The notes under the pieces: model-generated
Seen by the model: the letters and a program-made list of their open reading frames with translations, nothing else
Databases searched by the model: none
Told to the model about the DNA's origin: nothing
Translations under genes and position numbers: made by a program
In this document: piece after piece, positions 1 to 14,589 of the stretch
Position numbering within the stretch: the first letter of the stretch is position 1
How the letters are laid out: every line of letters starts with the position of its first letter
Origin: Eledone cirrhosa
Lineage: Eukaryota
Assembly (NCBI GenBank): GCA_964016885.1
Contig: OZ024741.1
Coordinates: 137,454,001 to 137,518,000, forward strand
Reading direction: 5' to 3'
DNA: 64,000 bases

Positions 1-1720
1 TTCTGTACGTACTGACTCTCGAGCCACTACTGCGGAAGCTGGAGCTATTGCAGGGAATCCCTCTGGAACCGGGACTGCGGAAAGCGGCGTCGGCCTACGC
101 CGACGACGTGACAGTAATGGTGTCGAGCGCCTCGCAAATCGAGAAAGTCGGCACCTTACTAAAGGAATACGAAAGTCTCACAGGAGCGAAGCTGAACCGG
201 GACAAGTCCATCGGTTTGCAACTCGGATCGTGGAGAGGCAGACCGATGCCTTCCGATGGCGTCGTCGGACGCTGGACGGAAGGACCGGTAAAGCTGCTCG
301 GGGTCTGGTTTGGTCCGGACCTCCAGGTGGAGAAGAACTGGAACGAAGTGACGGCCAAGGTGTTTGCACTCACCCAGAAGTGGGCCGAGTGCAAACTATC
401 CTTGAAAGGTCGAGCGGAGGTGGCGAACACTTTTATAGCGTCCGCCATCTACTACCGCTTGACCGTCGTGCCTTGTCCAGCCAAAACGCTCGCCAAAATG
501 GAGCGCGCCCTCTTCCGATTCCTTTGGAAGAGGCGGGCTCCTTTGGTAAGAAGATCCATCTGCTGCCAACACCCTTCTAACGGAGGGCTGGGGATGCCGT
601 GGCTGACGATGCGCAAACACGCGCTCAGGCTGCGGCATCTCTACGTATTCCTCACCGGACAACCGGTGTGGGACCCGTTCGTGAGGCGAGCCTTCCCACG
701 ACTCGTCTCACTGACCGAGCTGCAGTCCTGGGTCAAGCAGAGACCGAGGAAAATGGGCGACTGGCACATCGAATGTGCTCAGGCGCTCACAGCCCTCTGG
801 CAGGCGGACCCGGCGATCAGTGGAGACTCCACTTCGTCATTCTATAGAGGGTTGGTCCGCAGCAAGTGCGACGACGCGCTCGGTGAAACTCTAGGCGTGG
901 AGGAAGATGAACTGGCCAGTCTGTTCGGTAGGACGTTCCGCCCGGGACCGATGGACAACTTCCAAAAGTCCCTGGCCTGGCAGTGCTACCGAGGAGCTCT
1001 ACCAGTTCGAGACAAGCTCTACAGACATGGGCGCCCGGGCAGGGACCCTGCAAAAAAGATCTGTCCGAGGTGCGTGCGAGACGAAGAAACCGTCGCGCAC
1101 GCATTCATACACTGCCCGGGCGTCACTGACCTGTGGGGCTATGTAGAACGACTATTGTCGCGGGTGGGACCAATCCAGTTGACCACCGAGTCCATTGTCA
1201 TGATCAAACCGCCACCCTCCTTCAAAAACGAAGGAGAGGCGGTTTTCCTTTGTGTGATAGCTATGACGAAAGAGGTTGTATGGTGGACAAGGTTGAAAGG
1301 GCTGAGGTCAGACACCTTTCTCTCCGGCCAACAACTGATTCTTTTTTTCAAATACCACTTTGGAAGAAGAATCAGGATGGAGAGAGAGGTGCTGTACCCC
1401 AGCAAGTTTTATGAAAGGTGGGTGAAAGTGGCGAGAATGGCCCGAGTGAATGGGCCTTCTCTCTATATCAGCCTGTAGGTTGAGGAAAAGGAGGAGGAGA
1501 GGAAAGGAGTACAAGCTCTTCGTACTCCTGGAGATGAGGGTTGCACATTTTTTTTCGGGGGTATGTGTTACCCATATAAACTGTCTCCCTCTATTGGGGA
1601 AAATCGACTAACTTTTAAATTCCATCTGTGATAACATTTTACACGTTTTTATTGTATGTAAACTTCCCCCTTTGTATTTGTCCCCTTCTTTTGTGCCCCT
1701 GTGGCTAATAAAGAAATATA
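1..1720 (+). mobile_element. Tx1/L1-clade non-LTR retrotransposon, 3' part (copy 1)
   Basis: The open frame from the window edge to 1478 has RT motif AYADD, VKLLGVWF, GGLGMP and a C-terminal CPRC...ETVAHAFIHC zinc knuckle. The 3' UTR ends at AATAAA (~1707). Confidence 0.92.
3..1478 (+). CDS. LINE ORF2 reverse transcriptase C-terminal half with zf-RVT knuckle (uninterrupted to window edge)
   Basis: LYVLTLEPLLRKL...AYADDVTV...CPRC...H...C; no stop codons from position 3 to 1478. Confidence 0.85.
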   Translation: MYVLTLEPLLRKLELLQGIPLEPGLRKAASAYADDVTVMVSSASQIEKVGTLLKEYESLTGAKLNRDKSIGLQLGSWRGRPMPSDGVVGRWTEGPVKLLGVWFGPDLQVEKNWNEVTAKVFALTQKWAECKLSLKGRAEVANTFIASAIYYRLTVVPCPAKTLAKMERALFRFLWKRRAPLVRRSICCQHPSNGGLGMPWLTMRKHALRLRHLYVFLTGQPVWDPFVRRAFPRLVSLTELQSWVKQRPRKMGDWHIECAQALTALWQADPAISGDSTSSFYRGLVRSKCDDALGETLGVEEDELASLFGRTFRPGPMDNFQKSLAWQCYRGALPVRDKLYRHGRPGRDPAKKICPRCVRDEETVAHAFIHCPGVTDLWGYVERLLSRVGPIQLTTESIVMIKPPPSFKNEGEAVFLCVIAMTKEVVWWTRLKGLRSDTFLSGQQLILFFKYHFGRRIRMEREVLYPSKFYERWVKVARMARVNGPSLYISL

Positions 1721-1724
1721 TCTA

Positions 1725-3629
1725 TCTAAGGCATTTGATAGGGCCGACCATCAATACTTGGAAGCAGTTCTCAAGGTGGCCGGCATCGGTCCCGTCTTCA
1801 GAGGCTGGATCGCTGCCATGCACACCAGCATCTGCTCGGCAGTCAAGGTGAATGGCCACCTATCAGAGCCATTCCAAATCGCGTTCCATCCGTCAGGAAT
1901 GCCCTCTCTCCTCCATTCTGTATGTACTGACCCTCGAGACGTTACTGCGGAAGTTGGAGTTGTTGCAGGGCATCCCGATCGAACCAGGACTGCAGAAAGC
2001 AGCATCGGCCTATGCCGACGACATAACCGTAATGGTGTCGAAAACCTCGGAAATCGGGGTAATCAGCAACCTATTACAGGAATACGAAACGTTGACAGGA
2101 GCAAGACTAAACACAGACAAGTCTGTCGGTTTGCAACTCGGCACACGGAGAGGCAAACATGCCTTCCGACAGTGTCGTTGGACGCTGGACGGAAGGACAG
2201 GTGAAATTGCTCGGGGTCTGGTTTGGTCGAGACCTCCAGGTGGACATGAACTGGAACGATGTCACAGTGAAGGTGTTTGCACTCACCCAGAAGTGGGCTG
2301 AGTGCAAACTCTCCTTGAAAAGTCGAGCGGAGCTGGCGAACACTTACATAGCATCCGTCATCTACTACCGCTTGACAGTCGTGCCTTGCCCCCGCGAATA
2401 CCTTACCAAAATGGAACGCCTACTCTTCAAGTTCCTCTGGAAGAAACAGGCTCCATTGGTGAGGAGATCCATCTGCTCTCAACACCCTTCTATCGGAGGG
2501 CTGGGCATGCCGTGGCTGATGATGCGCAAACATGCGCTGAGGCTACGCCATCTCCAGGTATTCCTGACCGGTGAACCGGTGTGGCTGTCGTTTGTGATAA
2601 AAGCTATACCACAACTCGTCTCACTAACAGAGCTGCAGGCCTGGGTCAAGCGAAGACCGAAAATGGGTGCCTGGCACCTCGAGTGCCTACAGGCGCTCAC
2701 AGCCCTCTACCAAGCGGAAACGGTAATCAGCGTTGACTCCACTTCGACATTCTATAGATGATTAGTGGAGGATGAGTGCGACGATGTTTTCGGGGAAACT
2801 CTAGGCATCGCGGAGGACGAACTGACCAGTCTGTTCGGGAGGACTTTCCGTCCAGCGCCTATGGATAACTTTCAGAGGTCTCTGGCATGGCAGTGCTACC
2901 GAGGAGCTCTACCAGTTCGAGACAAAATCTACAGGCCCTGGCAGAGATCCTGCCAAAAAAATCTGTCCAAGATGCGAGCAGGACATCGAAATCGTTCTGC
3001 ATGCAATTGTTCAATGCCCACGGGTGACCGACCTGTGGAATTATGTCGAACAGCTACTGTCACCTGTGGGACGCATCCAGTTGTGAGCCGAGTCCATCGT
3101 GAGGATCACCCCGCCGCCTTCATTTAAGAACGAAGGAGAGGCGGTTTTCCTCTGTCTGGTGGCTATGGCGAAAGAGGTAATATGGTGGACGAGGTTAAAA
3201 GGACTGAGAGCAAACACCTTTCTTTCCGGACAACAACTTATCCCCTTCTTTAAGTATCACTTCAGAAGGAAGGTGAGAGTAGAGAGAGAGGTTCTACACT
3301 CCAGTAAATTCGCTGAAAAGTGGGTGAATGTGGCGAAAATGGCCCGAGTGAATCGGCCTTCTCTGTATATAAACCTGTAGGTTAAGGAGATAAACAGAGG
3401 GAAAACATGAACACATACAAAACGTGTTCCTGGTGTTGGGGGTTGTTCTATCCACGGGGTGTAAAACAACCCTGCAGTAACGTTCCCCCTATTGAGGATT
3501 TCAATTGTTATTTTATTATATATAGCTTATTGTTATTTATTAATGTTAAAGTTATTTTTATGTAAAACCCCCGCCGTCACGTCTTGTAATGTCCCATTTT
3601 TGTACGCCCCTGTGGCAAATAAAGAAAGA
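1725..3629 (+). mobile_element. Tx1/L1-clade LINE, 5'-truncated degenerate copy 2
   Basis: Starts at KAFD and carries RQECPLS and AYADD. It is homologous to copy 1 throughout but broken by frameshifts and stops (ORF pieces 1852-2301, 2159-2761, 2765-, 3099-3380). It ends GTGGCAAATAAAGAAAGA followed by (TC)n(TA)n. Confidence 0.92.
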
Positions 3630-3648
3630 TCTCTCTCTCTCTCTCTCC

Positions 3649-4461
<813 letters not shown>

Positions 4462-4462
4462 T

Positions 4463-7400
4463 GGGAAAAAGTATGACCCCGACGGCAGAACTCAAGCCGC
4501 TTCGACGGCTATTTCTGGACTCAGAATTCAGAATTAGCCGTCGAAACGGCTTGAGCTCTGCCGTCGAGGTCATAATTTTTCCTATTACCCACTCTACTAG
4601 CCTAAGCATTGAGTACTCTGGTGCGTTATGGTTCATCTGGTTCCTTACCACAATTCCTTTGTTATTTAGCTCCAATCTCTGTAGTAGAGCACTTTCCGAT
4701 CCAACCACGCCATATCCCGACTTTTCCACCCGGCTCAAGTTTCTTCACCCGCACGATGCGAAAACACAACATCGACTTCTCCACAAAGAACATCCCAGTT
4801 CCACCGAGAAAACTTTACCTTCGGATGCTCACGCAAAAATCGACCTTTTTAGGAAGAGACTAAGATGGAGAACTTTTTTCTACGATAGATACCGCGACAA
4901 TCAGGACATCGACACCAAGGAGAGATTCGGATTCAATACCTACAAATCTCCCCCTCCGAACCCTATGCTATCACCCTTCGAGGACGACCTTTTCCACCTG
5001 GTCAAGAGCATTAAATTCAAACCCAGACACAACAGATTCCTACAACTCCGTAGCAAAATAACAGAGTATGAAAACACCAACGACATCATGGTGCACTCGG
5101 ACAAAACTGGAAACCTCTACTTCGTCAACCCTGACAGATACCACACACTGATCAGGAGCAGCCTAAACTCCACCTATAAAAAGGCAAACCACTCAATTAT
5201 CGAGGACATAAATCGAGATGGACAACAAATTACCTCCAGTCTCGGGGTCGCGGACCGCACTGAACCCCTAGACCCACGGACTCCCTACTTCACACTGAAG
5301 GACCAAAAATCCGACTTCGACCGCAAACCATCCATTAGGCCTATAAACCCAACGAAGTCGGACATAAGGAGAATCAGTAAAAAGATCCTAGACCGAGTTA
5401 TACCAAAAGTTAAGCAAAACGTGAGACTTAGCCTATGGGTCAGCACCCAGGAAGTAATCTCATGGTTCAGGAATATGAGGATAAACGAGACACAAAATTC
5501 ATCCAGTTTGACATAGAGAGTTACTATGCATCTATTACCCTACTGCTCCTTACGGCCGCCTTGGACTTTGCCGAAACACTCACACCCATCACTAACCAGG
5601 AAAGAAATATCATTCTCCACGCCAGGAAGACAGTCTTACTTTTCGACAACTCCAAGTGGATAAAGAGAGCTCCCGACTCCCCCTTCGACGTCAGTATGGG
5701 CGCGATGGATTCGGCCGAGGTCATAGCTCTTATAGGATTATTCCTACTATTTAAACTCACCGAAATGTTTCCTGCATTCGGCGGTGTACCGGGATGATGG
5801 GCTCCTGACCCTCAAAGGGTACAACCCCAGTAGTACAGACCGGGTCCGTAAACAACTAATCAACTTCTTCAGGGACTAGGGATTTAAAATCACCCTACAA
5901 ACGTCCCTAACCCAAGTCAATTTCCTGGACGTTACCCTTAACCTCGAAAATGATCTGTACTACCCATACAGGAAACCAAACGACAACCTGCACTACATCC
6001 ACCGCCGCTCTAACCATCCTAGAAACATCACCAATAACCTGGTTAAAAACATCTCCCTCCGCATATCTCGTTTGTCCGCTAATGAGCAGATATTCGACGA
6101 ACATGCGCCTCATTACAACCAGGCCCTCAAGCGGAGTGGCTTCCGGGAGGAAATATCCTTTTATCCAGCTTCCCTTAACGGAACCAGCAGGCGACACCAC
6201 CGCTAACGCAACGTAACGTGGTTCAATCCTCCCCATAATGCTGAGATGGCAACACCTATCGGGGAAATCTTCTTTAGACTCCTCAAAAAACATTTCCCAC
6301 TACAACACCGCTACCACAACCTAATCAACAAAAACACCACCAAACTCTCCTACAGCACCACACCTAACTTCGCACAAAACATCGTCTCCTCAAACAACAA
6401 AAAACTCAACCCTTATGGAAGAAATAACCTAGACATCAGTGGAGAGCCGACCAGGAGGCGTAACTGTCCTGATAGATCTACGTGCCCCCTCAACAACAAA
6501 TGCCGAGAACGTAACGTGATCTACCAGTGCAACGTGAGGACGGACACCTCCAACAAAGCTTATATAGGATAAGCGCGTGTGACTTCAAGACCCGGCTCTA
6601 CCAACATCGACATACTTTCCGAAACCCGGTCCGGCAACATGCCACTACACTTTCGGGCCACATCTGGGGCCTCCAAGATAATAATATAACCTACAATCTC
6701 ACTTGGAGGTTACTGTCCAGAGCTAACTCTTACACGGGAGGACGCCGTCCGTGTAACTTATGCTCAGAGGAAACATTACAAATGTTATTTTCGAAGGACC
6801 AACTCCTAAACAAGAAAGACGAACTGGTAACCGCATGCAAACACAGATTGCGTAGGACTTACCACGCCCTCAAACCCCATAACGACCCGGGTGGGTAGAC
6901 AAGGGCAGATACCCCTCCACTTGCCGAATAAGTTAGGGGAAACCCCAGCTTACATGGGTAGATGCATCTCTTTTCTTTTCCTCTTTGCCTTCTTCTTCCC
7001 CCTGTCTCATCCTATCACTTCCTTCCACCCCCTATTTTCTTCCTCGTCTGCTTTCCCTTTCGCCTACCCCGATGCAGCCCATCGGGCCTCTGTAGCATCA
7101 GTTCCCCCACCCCTGTAATTATAAGATAGAATTGGCCGAATACGTTTTACTAACTACTTATAGCAGATGTGTTAAACCCCTTTAATTTTGTATCAGTTTT
7201 GTTACTACTTAATTTCTACAAGTTTTTTCTATTCTCAACTTATTAACCTGTACTTGTAACGTAGCATTGTGATTTTTTTTATTCATTTCTCACTATCTAA
7301 TTTTATATATTTTTTTATTTCTTCTCTATTATCTTTTATTGTCTCCTACTCTCATTCGATTTACCTATTCTATAACCTCCCTCCTCCACTTCATACACTA

Positions 7401-7689
7401 TCCTTAGAATCTGCTGTATACATATCACTTTCAACGCTTGACCGCTCCACTCACTCCCCTATTGTTCTATAGGTAAGTTCAGCCACCCCTACCTCCCGCC
7501 AAATGCCATGATAGACTTATTTGTGTTTACAACAAATTTTAACCAATCTTCTTGACAACTACAATCTTCCCATATAAGGAAGTACCCCCTTGAAAGTTCG
7601 GCTATTTATTCACCAGGCTAAAAATTCTAATTTAGTCCAGAAATAGCCGTCGAAACGGCTTGAGCTCTGCCGTCGGGGTCATACTTTTT

Positions 7690-7691
<2 letters not shown>
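4463..7691 (+). mobile_element. Penelope-like retroelement (Naiad-type, RT plus C-terminal GIY-YIG endonuclease), near full length
   Basis: The ORF pieces encode FSTKNIPVP...KRLRWRTFFY, DKT, RPINPTKSDI, FDIESYY, MGAMDSAE, YRDD, FLDVTL, SNHP, WFNPP, NC...CPLNNKC, VIYQ...YIG, FKTRLYQH and CNLC. The 5' end has a ~120-bp palindrome whose left arm is the reverse complement of the 3' end (7635-7691). Inserted in (TA)n. Confidence 0.92.
4756..6898 (+). pseudogene. PLE RT/GIY-YIG ORF, disrupted
   Basis: ATG at 4756 (MRKHNIDFSTKNIP); frameshifts near 4838, 5475, 5785 and 6569; TAG at ~5877. Confidence 0.85.
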
Positions 7692-7765
<74 letters not shown>

Positions 7766-7919
7766 TATACATACACACTCACATATATATTTATATATAT
7801 ATATAGGGCGAAACCATACCCATGATCTACTCCACTAATCAAAACAATTTATATTGACCAACATATGAACTTCTGACTTTATCATATACCATGTATATTA
7901 TTTCTTTTACCATTTTAAA

Positions 7920-8006
7920 GGGTCCGTCGAACTGCCGATTATAGAGTCGGGTAAGATCGATAAAGATCGAACCTTGAGCTGATCAGTGGCGAAACGCGCG
8001 TCACCT
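7920..8006 (+). ncRNA. Degenerate type I hammerhead ribozyme (PLE pLTR remnant)
   Basis: gggt-CCGTCGA-(imperfect stem II)-GAAAC GCGC GTC-acct; the palindromic stem III is intact but the core is mutated. Confidence 0.4.
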
Positions 8007-8064
8007 ACCAAAAAATGTAATGAAGGAGTAACCAATCGTCCTTGTTATCATTTCAATATATATA

Positions 8065-8742
8065 TATTAAAATAACAGATTAAAGTTTAAGCAAAGAATC
8101 GCTGCTTTCACCCTTAACGGGATCTTCTTAAACTAACAAAGTCAATCTGTAAACGCAGAAGTGGATATTTCAAAAAACGTTGCAACCGGAGGAAGACAGG
8201 AAGACGATACTCTGGTTCATGGAAACGTTCGCTGGCAAAGAACGGGAAAAAACGAATATAATACGTCATTAATAGGAGCGGTGAAAAACAATTACACGCA
8301 AAGACAGGATCACGTTTATGGTATAATAGAGGTCGTAGACTAATGTTCTCTTAGGTGGTGCATAGAGACGTTCTCTGGCAATGAACGGAAAAAACGAAGA
8401 TAATACGTCATATGTGGGCGTGGAGAACAATTGCACGGAAAGACAAAACCACGTAAATGGTATAGCTGAAGTCGTAGACTAAAATTCTAACTAGGAAACC
8501 GAATGAATCTCCGCTACAGAGTTAAGAATAAAGTAAATCTGTTATTTTAATAAATATTTGCTCTACGGTTTTTATATATTTGATATATATTTATCCTTAT
8601 CGATCCCTCTTTGGATTTTAGTCTTCAAATTTATTATTATTACTATATATATACCCCTCCCCCACACTCTCAAAAGCGTGAACCTAATAAACTACTATTT
8701 GTACTGCTTCTCTGTTTTTTGTTCCTGTCTAATATTTAACTA
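8065..8742 (+). mobile_element. Fold-back element with 17-bp inverted repeats, internal ~140-bp duplication and a tail related to the 48870-49250 element
   Basis: tattaaaataacagatt (8065-8081) / aatctgttattttaata (8536-8552); 8221-8350 is similar to 8366-8490; the tail ctaataaac...gtactgcttctctgttttttgttcc matches 49190-49235. Confidence 0.55.
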
Positions 8743-8779
8743 TATATATATATGTTGTATATATATCTCCTATTTACTT

Positions 8780-9023
8780 TGTATGCATGTCACAGGTATA
8801 TATTCATGAATAAAAAGAATTCTGCTGCCAACCTACATACGTACATACATACATACATAGCCACTTTTGTCATATCATAATCTTGATTATAGGAACATAG
8901 ACTTATGAATATAATAGTAAGTATATTGTAGTTAGAAAGAGAAACCATAGAGCGTGGGTGGAAACATATTTACATCTATCTACCTATTGATCACGTTTTC
9001 CTCTCATTTTTCAATCTTTGTAC

Positions 9024-9054
<31 letters not shown>

Positions 9055-9197
9055 TGTATGTATGTATGTATGTATGTATGTATGTATGTATGTATGTATG
9101 TGTATGTATGTGTGTGTGTATGTATGTGTGTAAATGTGTGCGTGTGCGTGTGTGTGTATTGCATATTAAATATAAAATAATTAAATATTAAGGAGAT

Positions 9198-9237
<40 letters not shown>

Positions 9238-9270
9238 AGTATGTATGTATGTATATATGTATATATATAT

Positions 9271-9345
<75 letters not shown>

Positions 9346-10110
9346 TGTGCATTTGAATTTATTATATCCCTTTACAATATATTGTGTACGCGTGTATTCA
9401 CATGAAATACATTTAGTATGCATTATATATATGTGTGTGTATGCGCGTGTGTGTATTTGTACATAATATAGATGCATTAGAATTCATATATCTACTCTTG
9501 TATATAACAGGCTGAATATGGATGGCTGATGTTTATAATGATAGGTTTATTCAGTACAGTGATGTTGTTATCCAATAAACAAGCTTCAGCTGTCACACAC
9601 ATACACACACACAGATACAAGCACACAGAGAAATATATATATAAATGTGTGTTTGAATAGTGATAGAACAAAATGGCTGACAGCTTTCAACAATCATTGA
9701 AATTAATATTCATAGGATGTTTGCAATAAAAAACATTTCTTTATCCGGAGTAAAAGCAACGAAGTAAATGAAATACACATTTTTTGGTTGTACTGTAGAA
9801 GGTTTTATTATATTATGAAGAAACTAATAAGTAGGTGAGTTTATTGCTAGGGGAATCCGTTGATTGAAGTTCATCTAACATGTACGTTATAAATCATGTT
9901 GAGGTACGTGCGTGTGTGATTGTATATCTGTGATTGTGAGTGGGATAGTTATGTGTGTGAGTGAGTTTGTGACATGCGTGGATGATATATGTTACATGCA
10001 TATATTCATGAATGAAAAGCGTTATGCTGATAACTTACATACGTACATAGCTACTTTTGTCATATAATAATCTTGATTATAGGAATATAGACTTATAAAT
10101 ATAATAGTGA
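8780..10110 (+). repeat. Local direct duplication of ~135 bp (8790-8920 and 9990-10110)
   Basis: Both copies contain tatattcatgaat...acttttgtcatat...aatcttgattatagga...atagacttat...atataatagt. Confidence 0.7.
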
Positions 10111-13100
10111 GGGAGATAGTTATGTGTTTGAGTCAGAGCTAGAGAGTTTGTGATAAATGTGGATGGTATATGTGTGATTGTGTGTGAGCTAGAGAGTTTC
10201 TTTTACTCGCTGATATCTGGATGCGATTGATATGGCAGAATCGTTAGAAGACCGGATAAACATATTTGTAATATTTGTTCCTGATAATCACCCTTTCTGT
10301 TCAAATTCAACTGCATTTAACTTTGCATTTCATCCTTTCAAAATCGATAAATAGAGTATCAATCCAGTTCTGGTACCGATTCTTCCTCTATTTCTCTTTC
10401 TCTCACTCTGTTTCTTTCGCTCTTCTGTTTCTTGGGAAAGTTTGACTATGTTCAGCACCTGGAAAGTGATGTGCTCTGCTAGGTTTAAATATCAAAGTCG
10501 GAGCCTCTATGGCTTTCCACGTATATCACATGAAGCGATGGAGTTTGTAATATATGTGGATGGTTTGATCAAACAAGTGTACTTAATGTAGGCGAATGGT
10601 TAAGAAATTTGCTTCTTTGGGTTAAGAATTTATCTCTCTACTGGGCTGATACTTTATTTAAACCACCCCTACTGAAAGGGTAAAAGTCAAAGTGGACCTC
10701 GTTGGCAGTTGAGCAAAGGGAACCTGAAAAAGTACCGCGTGGCACTCAATTATCTGCTCACACGACTTACCCAATATGCAAACTTTAAAATACATAAATG
10801 GATTAAAAAAACAAATCATGATTTAATACAAATATTTCATTATTTTGGGAGACTTCTAGAAAGAGGGTACACACATGCAATATGTAACTTAATTATATTA
10901 AATGTTTCTGATTTTTAAGATTTCATACTCTGGCTGATGTACCAGAGATCATCTCTTGGCGTATTTGGTTAAGGGTCTTTACGTTCTGTGTCCAAATCTC
11001 ATCAAGCCCTACATTGCCTCTCATCCTTCCAGAATGAAATAGTATTAATTAGTGATACTATTAACACATCGCGATTCTCAATAAAAGCGCAAATGGATAT
11101 ATATGCAATATATTTGTGTATAATAAACATATAACCGGTCTCTATATGAATATTTTTAGCCGTGAACATGCCACAGCTACCTGTTTACTAAGATACTGTA
11201 TTTCATATCACAAAGTCTGAGCGTATTTAAACGAGTGCCGATGAATTTTAACGACAGTGCATGCATCCCAAACTCTGACTCCTAAGCTTGAAGACCACAG
11301 CTTGAAATGATCGTAGCTTGAATAGATTATATATAAACGTAGTGTATATGCGTTTTCATGCACAGTATTCCAAATGATATTGTTTAATAAGAAAGGCATC
11401 TGGTAAAATGTACCCATTTAGATGAGTGCCATAGAGCAAAATGTAAATGCTCAGTAAACGGTACTTTATTGATTGGAGTTTAAATCTTAAACAATTTCCC
11501 TTCATTTCTGCATGTGGGGAAAATACTTTAATGCCAAAATATTGAACGTTTTCTCATCTAAGAATATACAACACACGTGTCTACTCAAGAATATTTTACT
11601 TACTCTACCAAGAGTTTCTGTTCTAGCAGCTAGCTGAATGTGATTAATCTCCCTACTCACACCATTGACATGTCTGAGAACAAGCAATGTTAGCATGCTG
11701 GTTGAATCAAGTGAACTGCAGTAGAAAATTCAGTGTGTGAGGTGAGAATTCTTATGGTTTATAGTTAAGTAGAAGAAGTACTGAAAAACGTGTTTAATTC
11801 AGGACATGGGAAGTGAGACAGTAAAGGTGACGAATGACAGTGGACAATAATCATTTATCTTTACACAGTTTAATAGTTAATACAGTTTATAACAAGTAAA
11901 ACGCTTCACATATTATGTGCGTTTAAAATAGTTTAAAAAATAATAATAAATCAGCTTCAACACTGGAAAGAAAATATGTCTGTGTAGATATTTGCCTATT
12001 CAATATTCACTTAGATAATTGAATGCACACGTAGGAATACAACTACTTATAAGAGTAGAGAAGTAGAAAAACACACCTTCATTCTGTCACAGAGAAAATT
12101 CTACTAAATTGTTTTTCGTCTGTTATGTATCATTCTTGTTAATAGATGGATGGTGGCGGTGAATGACAGAAGCGATAAAAAGCAACACACGATGACAGTG
12201 AAAGATAGAATCGGTAGAAGACAACTCAAGATGGTTTTCCACTAAATTACGTAGTTGCCTTGTGCCAAAGCTATTAATCATTATAAATAGTATGGTATAG
12301 GTGATTGGTAGGGGTATGTAGCGATATTTCAGTACTCTCGGAGCTCAAATACCACCTGGATCGAATTTTGTCTTTCATCTCATTAGGATCGATAAAACCA
12401 GGAGCATTAATATATTAGTGTATATAAAATCAATTATACTAATACTCTTCGTTATATTTGTGATCGTGTGCCAAAATCGGAAGTCATGGTCATGAGTAGA
12501 TCATGAGTAAAATATGGGGATTCGATTGGTACCGAATAAAATATATTTTATATGTTTATATTCCAATGTCCATAGTTCAAATCCCACCGAGATTAACTTT
12601 GTCTTCCATGTTTATCAGATCGGTAAAATAAAATATCATTCATGTATCAAGATTACAGGGCCAGCACCTGGATATCTAAATCCGTAGCCCAATCCTATAC
12701 GAAACTGTCTCCCATTTATGTATTATTCTCTCACTCGAAATAATTTCAATTTAATGATTGGCAAGCTGGTTAACCTACGTTTTCACAGTTCTTGCTCTCA
12801 ACAAATTAGGAATATCTCATACACAGTCCACACTCACGTCAAATCTTGTTACAGGTGACCCTCACAACACTGCTTCAAGGCAAATATATTTAGAGATATA
12901 TATATATTGATCACAAGAAAATATATATTTATGCTTATTAAACAAATTTGTATAAAACGGTGATTCTTTATTAACGAACCATGCGTTCGTTTGTGGTCTG
13001 CGCCGTAGGTCGCTGCCTAGTTGACCTTAATGGTAGCGCCGATCCTGCATGGTTGCTATAATTCGTCATACCTTCCTACCAATTTGTGACCTTGTTCTTA

Positions 13101-13123
13101 TGTCAGTAGACTAAAGTTTACTT

Positions 13124-13630
13124 TAGAAGTTTATATGAAAACATATAAACATATATAATGCGTTTATATACAATAAACACATGAGTAGCCTCGTTGCTCG
13201 TTGCTTCGTAAAGGAAAAAAATATTTTTCTCTATTTTCTTCTGTGAATATATCACAGAGTTATCAGTACGCTTTTAGACTATCATACATATTTTTTCGTA
13301 AGCCGATGTTTCTATTTGCTATATGCAAATGAGCTTCCCCAGCAAATTATTTCGTCGCAAAATTTTATATTCTATATAGACTCTGATCTATTTCATGCCA
13401 GTACCGTTTACAGTGAGTGTCACCGATGAAAGATTAACAAATCCCGAAACAGCACTGTCTGACATTCTCAGAACATACTGCCAACTCTGTAATATATTTA
13501 CAAAGGAAAATAGAGAAAAATAAATGTTTTCATTACGAAAAAATATTTTTCTTCGGCAACGAAGATGCCATATGTTTATTGTATATGAACGTATTTTACA
13601 TATTTATATATGCTTTCATATACATCTCTA
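13124..13630 (+). mobile_element. Old PLE pLTR remnant: ~150-bp inverted arms enclosing a hammerhead
   Basis: 13124-13272 is a diverged reverse complement of 13471-13630; hammerhead at 13415-13467. Confidence 0.65.
13415..13467 (+). ncRNA. Type I hammerhead ribozyme motif (CCGAUGA core, degenerate stem II)
   Basis: gagtgtca-CCGATGA-aagattaacaaatccc-GAAAC AGCACT GTC-tgacattc; 8-bp stem I with one G-U pair. Confidence 0.6.
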
Positions 13631-14200
13631 TTATACTTAAACCCTGTCTTAGTGCTACAGCCAATTAAAGTTTACTTTGTCTTAACCGTGTTATCCTTTA
13701 ATTAATCAATGATTTAAATGGATAATTATAAATTCTTCCAACCTAACGAACGACAGGCGGCGAATTGACGTCTCGTTAGATTATTGGGTAGAACTTCTTG
13801 TGTGTGTTCCGGCTCTCTGTATTCTAATTACAAAGTCTGTTATGATCAAATTTACATTCATATTTAATCCTTCCGAAAAAGAAAAATGAAATGAAATTTA
13901 GAGCTTACACATATGCAGGATTATCTAGAGTCTTAGGTGGTTGCTTGGGTATTTAATGATAAGAGTCCAAACTTCTATCTTGAAGGCAACGTCAAATGGA
14001 GCGCTTTGCTCAAGAACACAACGCGTATCTTGGTCTAGGAATCGAACTCTTGATATTTTGATCGCGTATTCAACACCCTAACCACTAAGCCATCCTTCAC
14101 CCCCCCACCACATTTCGAGTTGATAAATACATTACCAGTAGAATACTAGGGTCGATTCCTCTCTCTCTCTCTTCTCTCTCTCTGTCTCTCTCTCGCTGTC

Positions 14201-14269
<69 letters not shown>

Positions 14270-14589
14270 GAATCAGCTACGTTATGCCGTAAGGAGGTTC
14301 TGGGAAGTGCGCTCACATAGTTTCTTTTTCCATAAACTAAGAAGGTTGACTTGAAGTGTTAGCAACCTCTTCCCATATAAAAACTAATATGCGTCTAGAA
14401 CTATCCACGAAGAGCCTGATGTGCCACACAGCCCAGAACGGAAACCAAACCAATCAGAATCAATTCTGTTATTTTAATTTATTCATCATTTCAGTCTATG
14501 TGAAATATATTTCATCAAACTTAGATAAAGACGTTTGAATTGCGTCTACTTGTAATATATATATTGTAATATATATATATATATATATA

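Noticed and set aside
4756-6898. Selenocysteine-recoded Naiad ORF (some Naiads have in-frame UGA)
   Set aside because: Cys motifs inspected are encoded by TGY or mutated; the disruptions seen are frameshifts and a TAG, not conserved TGA codons.
11604-11715. Minus-strand segment with good acceptor and gtaagt donor as candidate exon 3
   Set aside because: The only open frame (SLDSTSMLTLLVLRH...) does not resemble Cys-loop receptor sequence.
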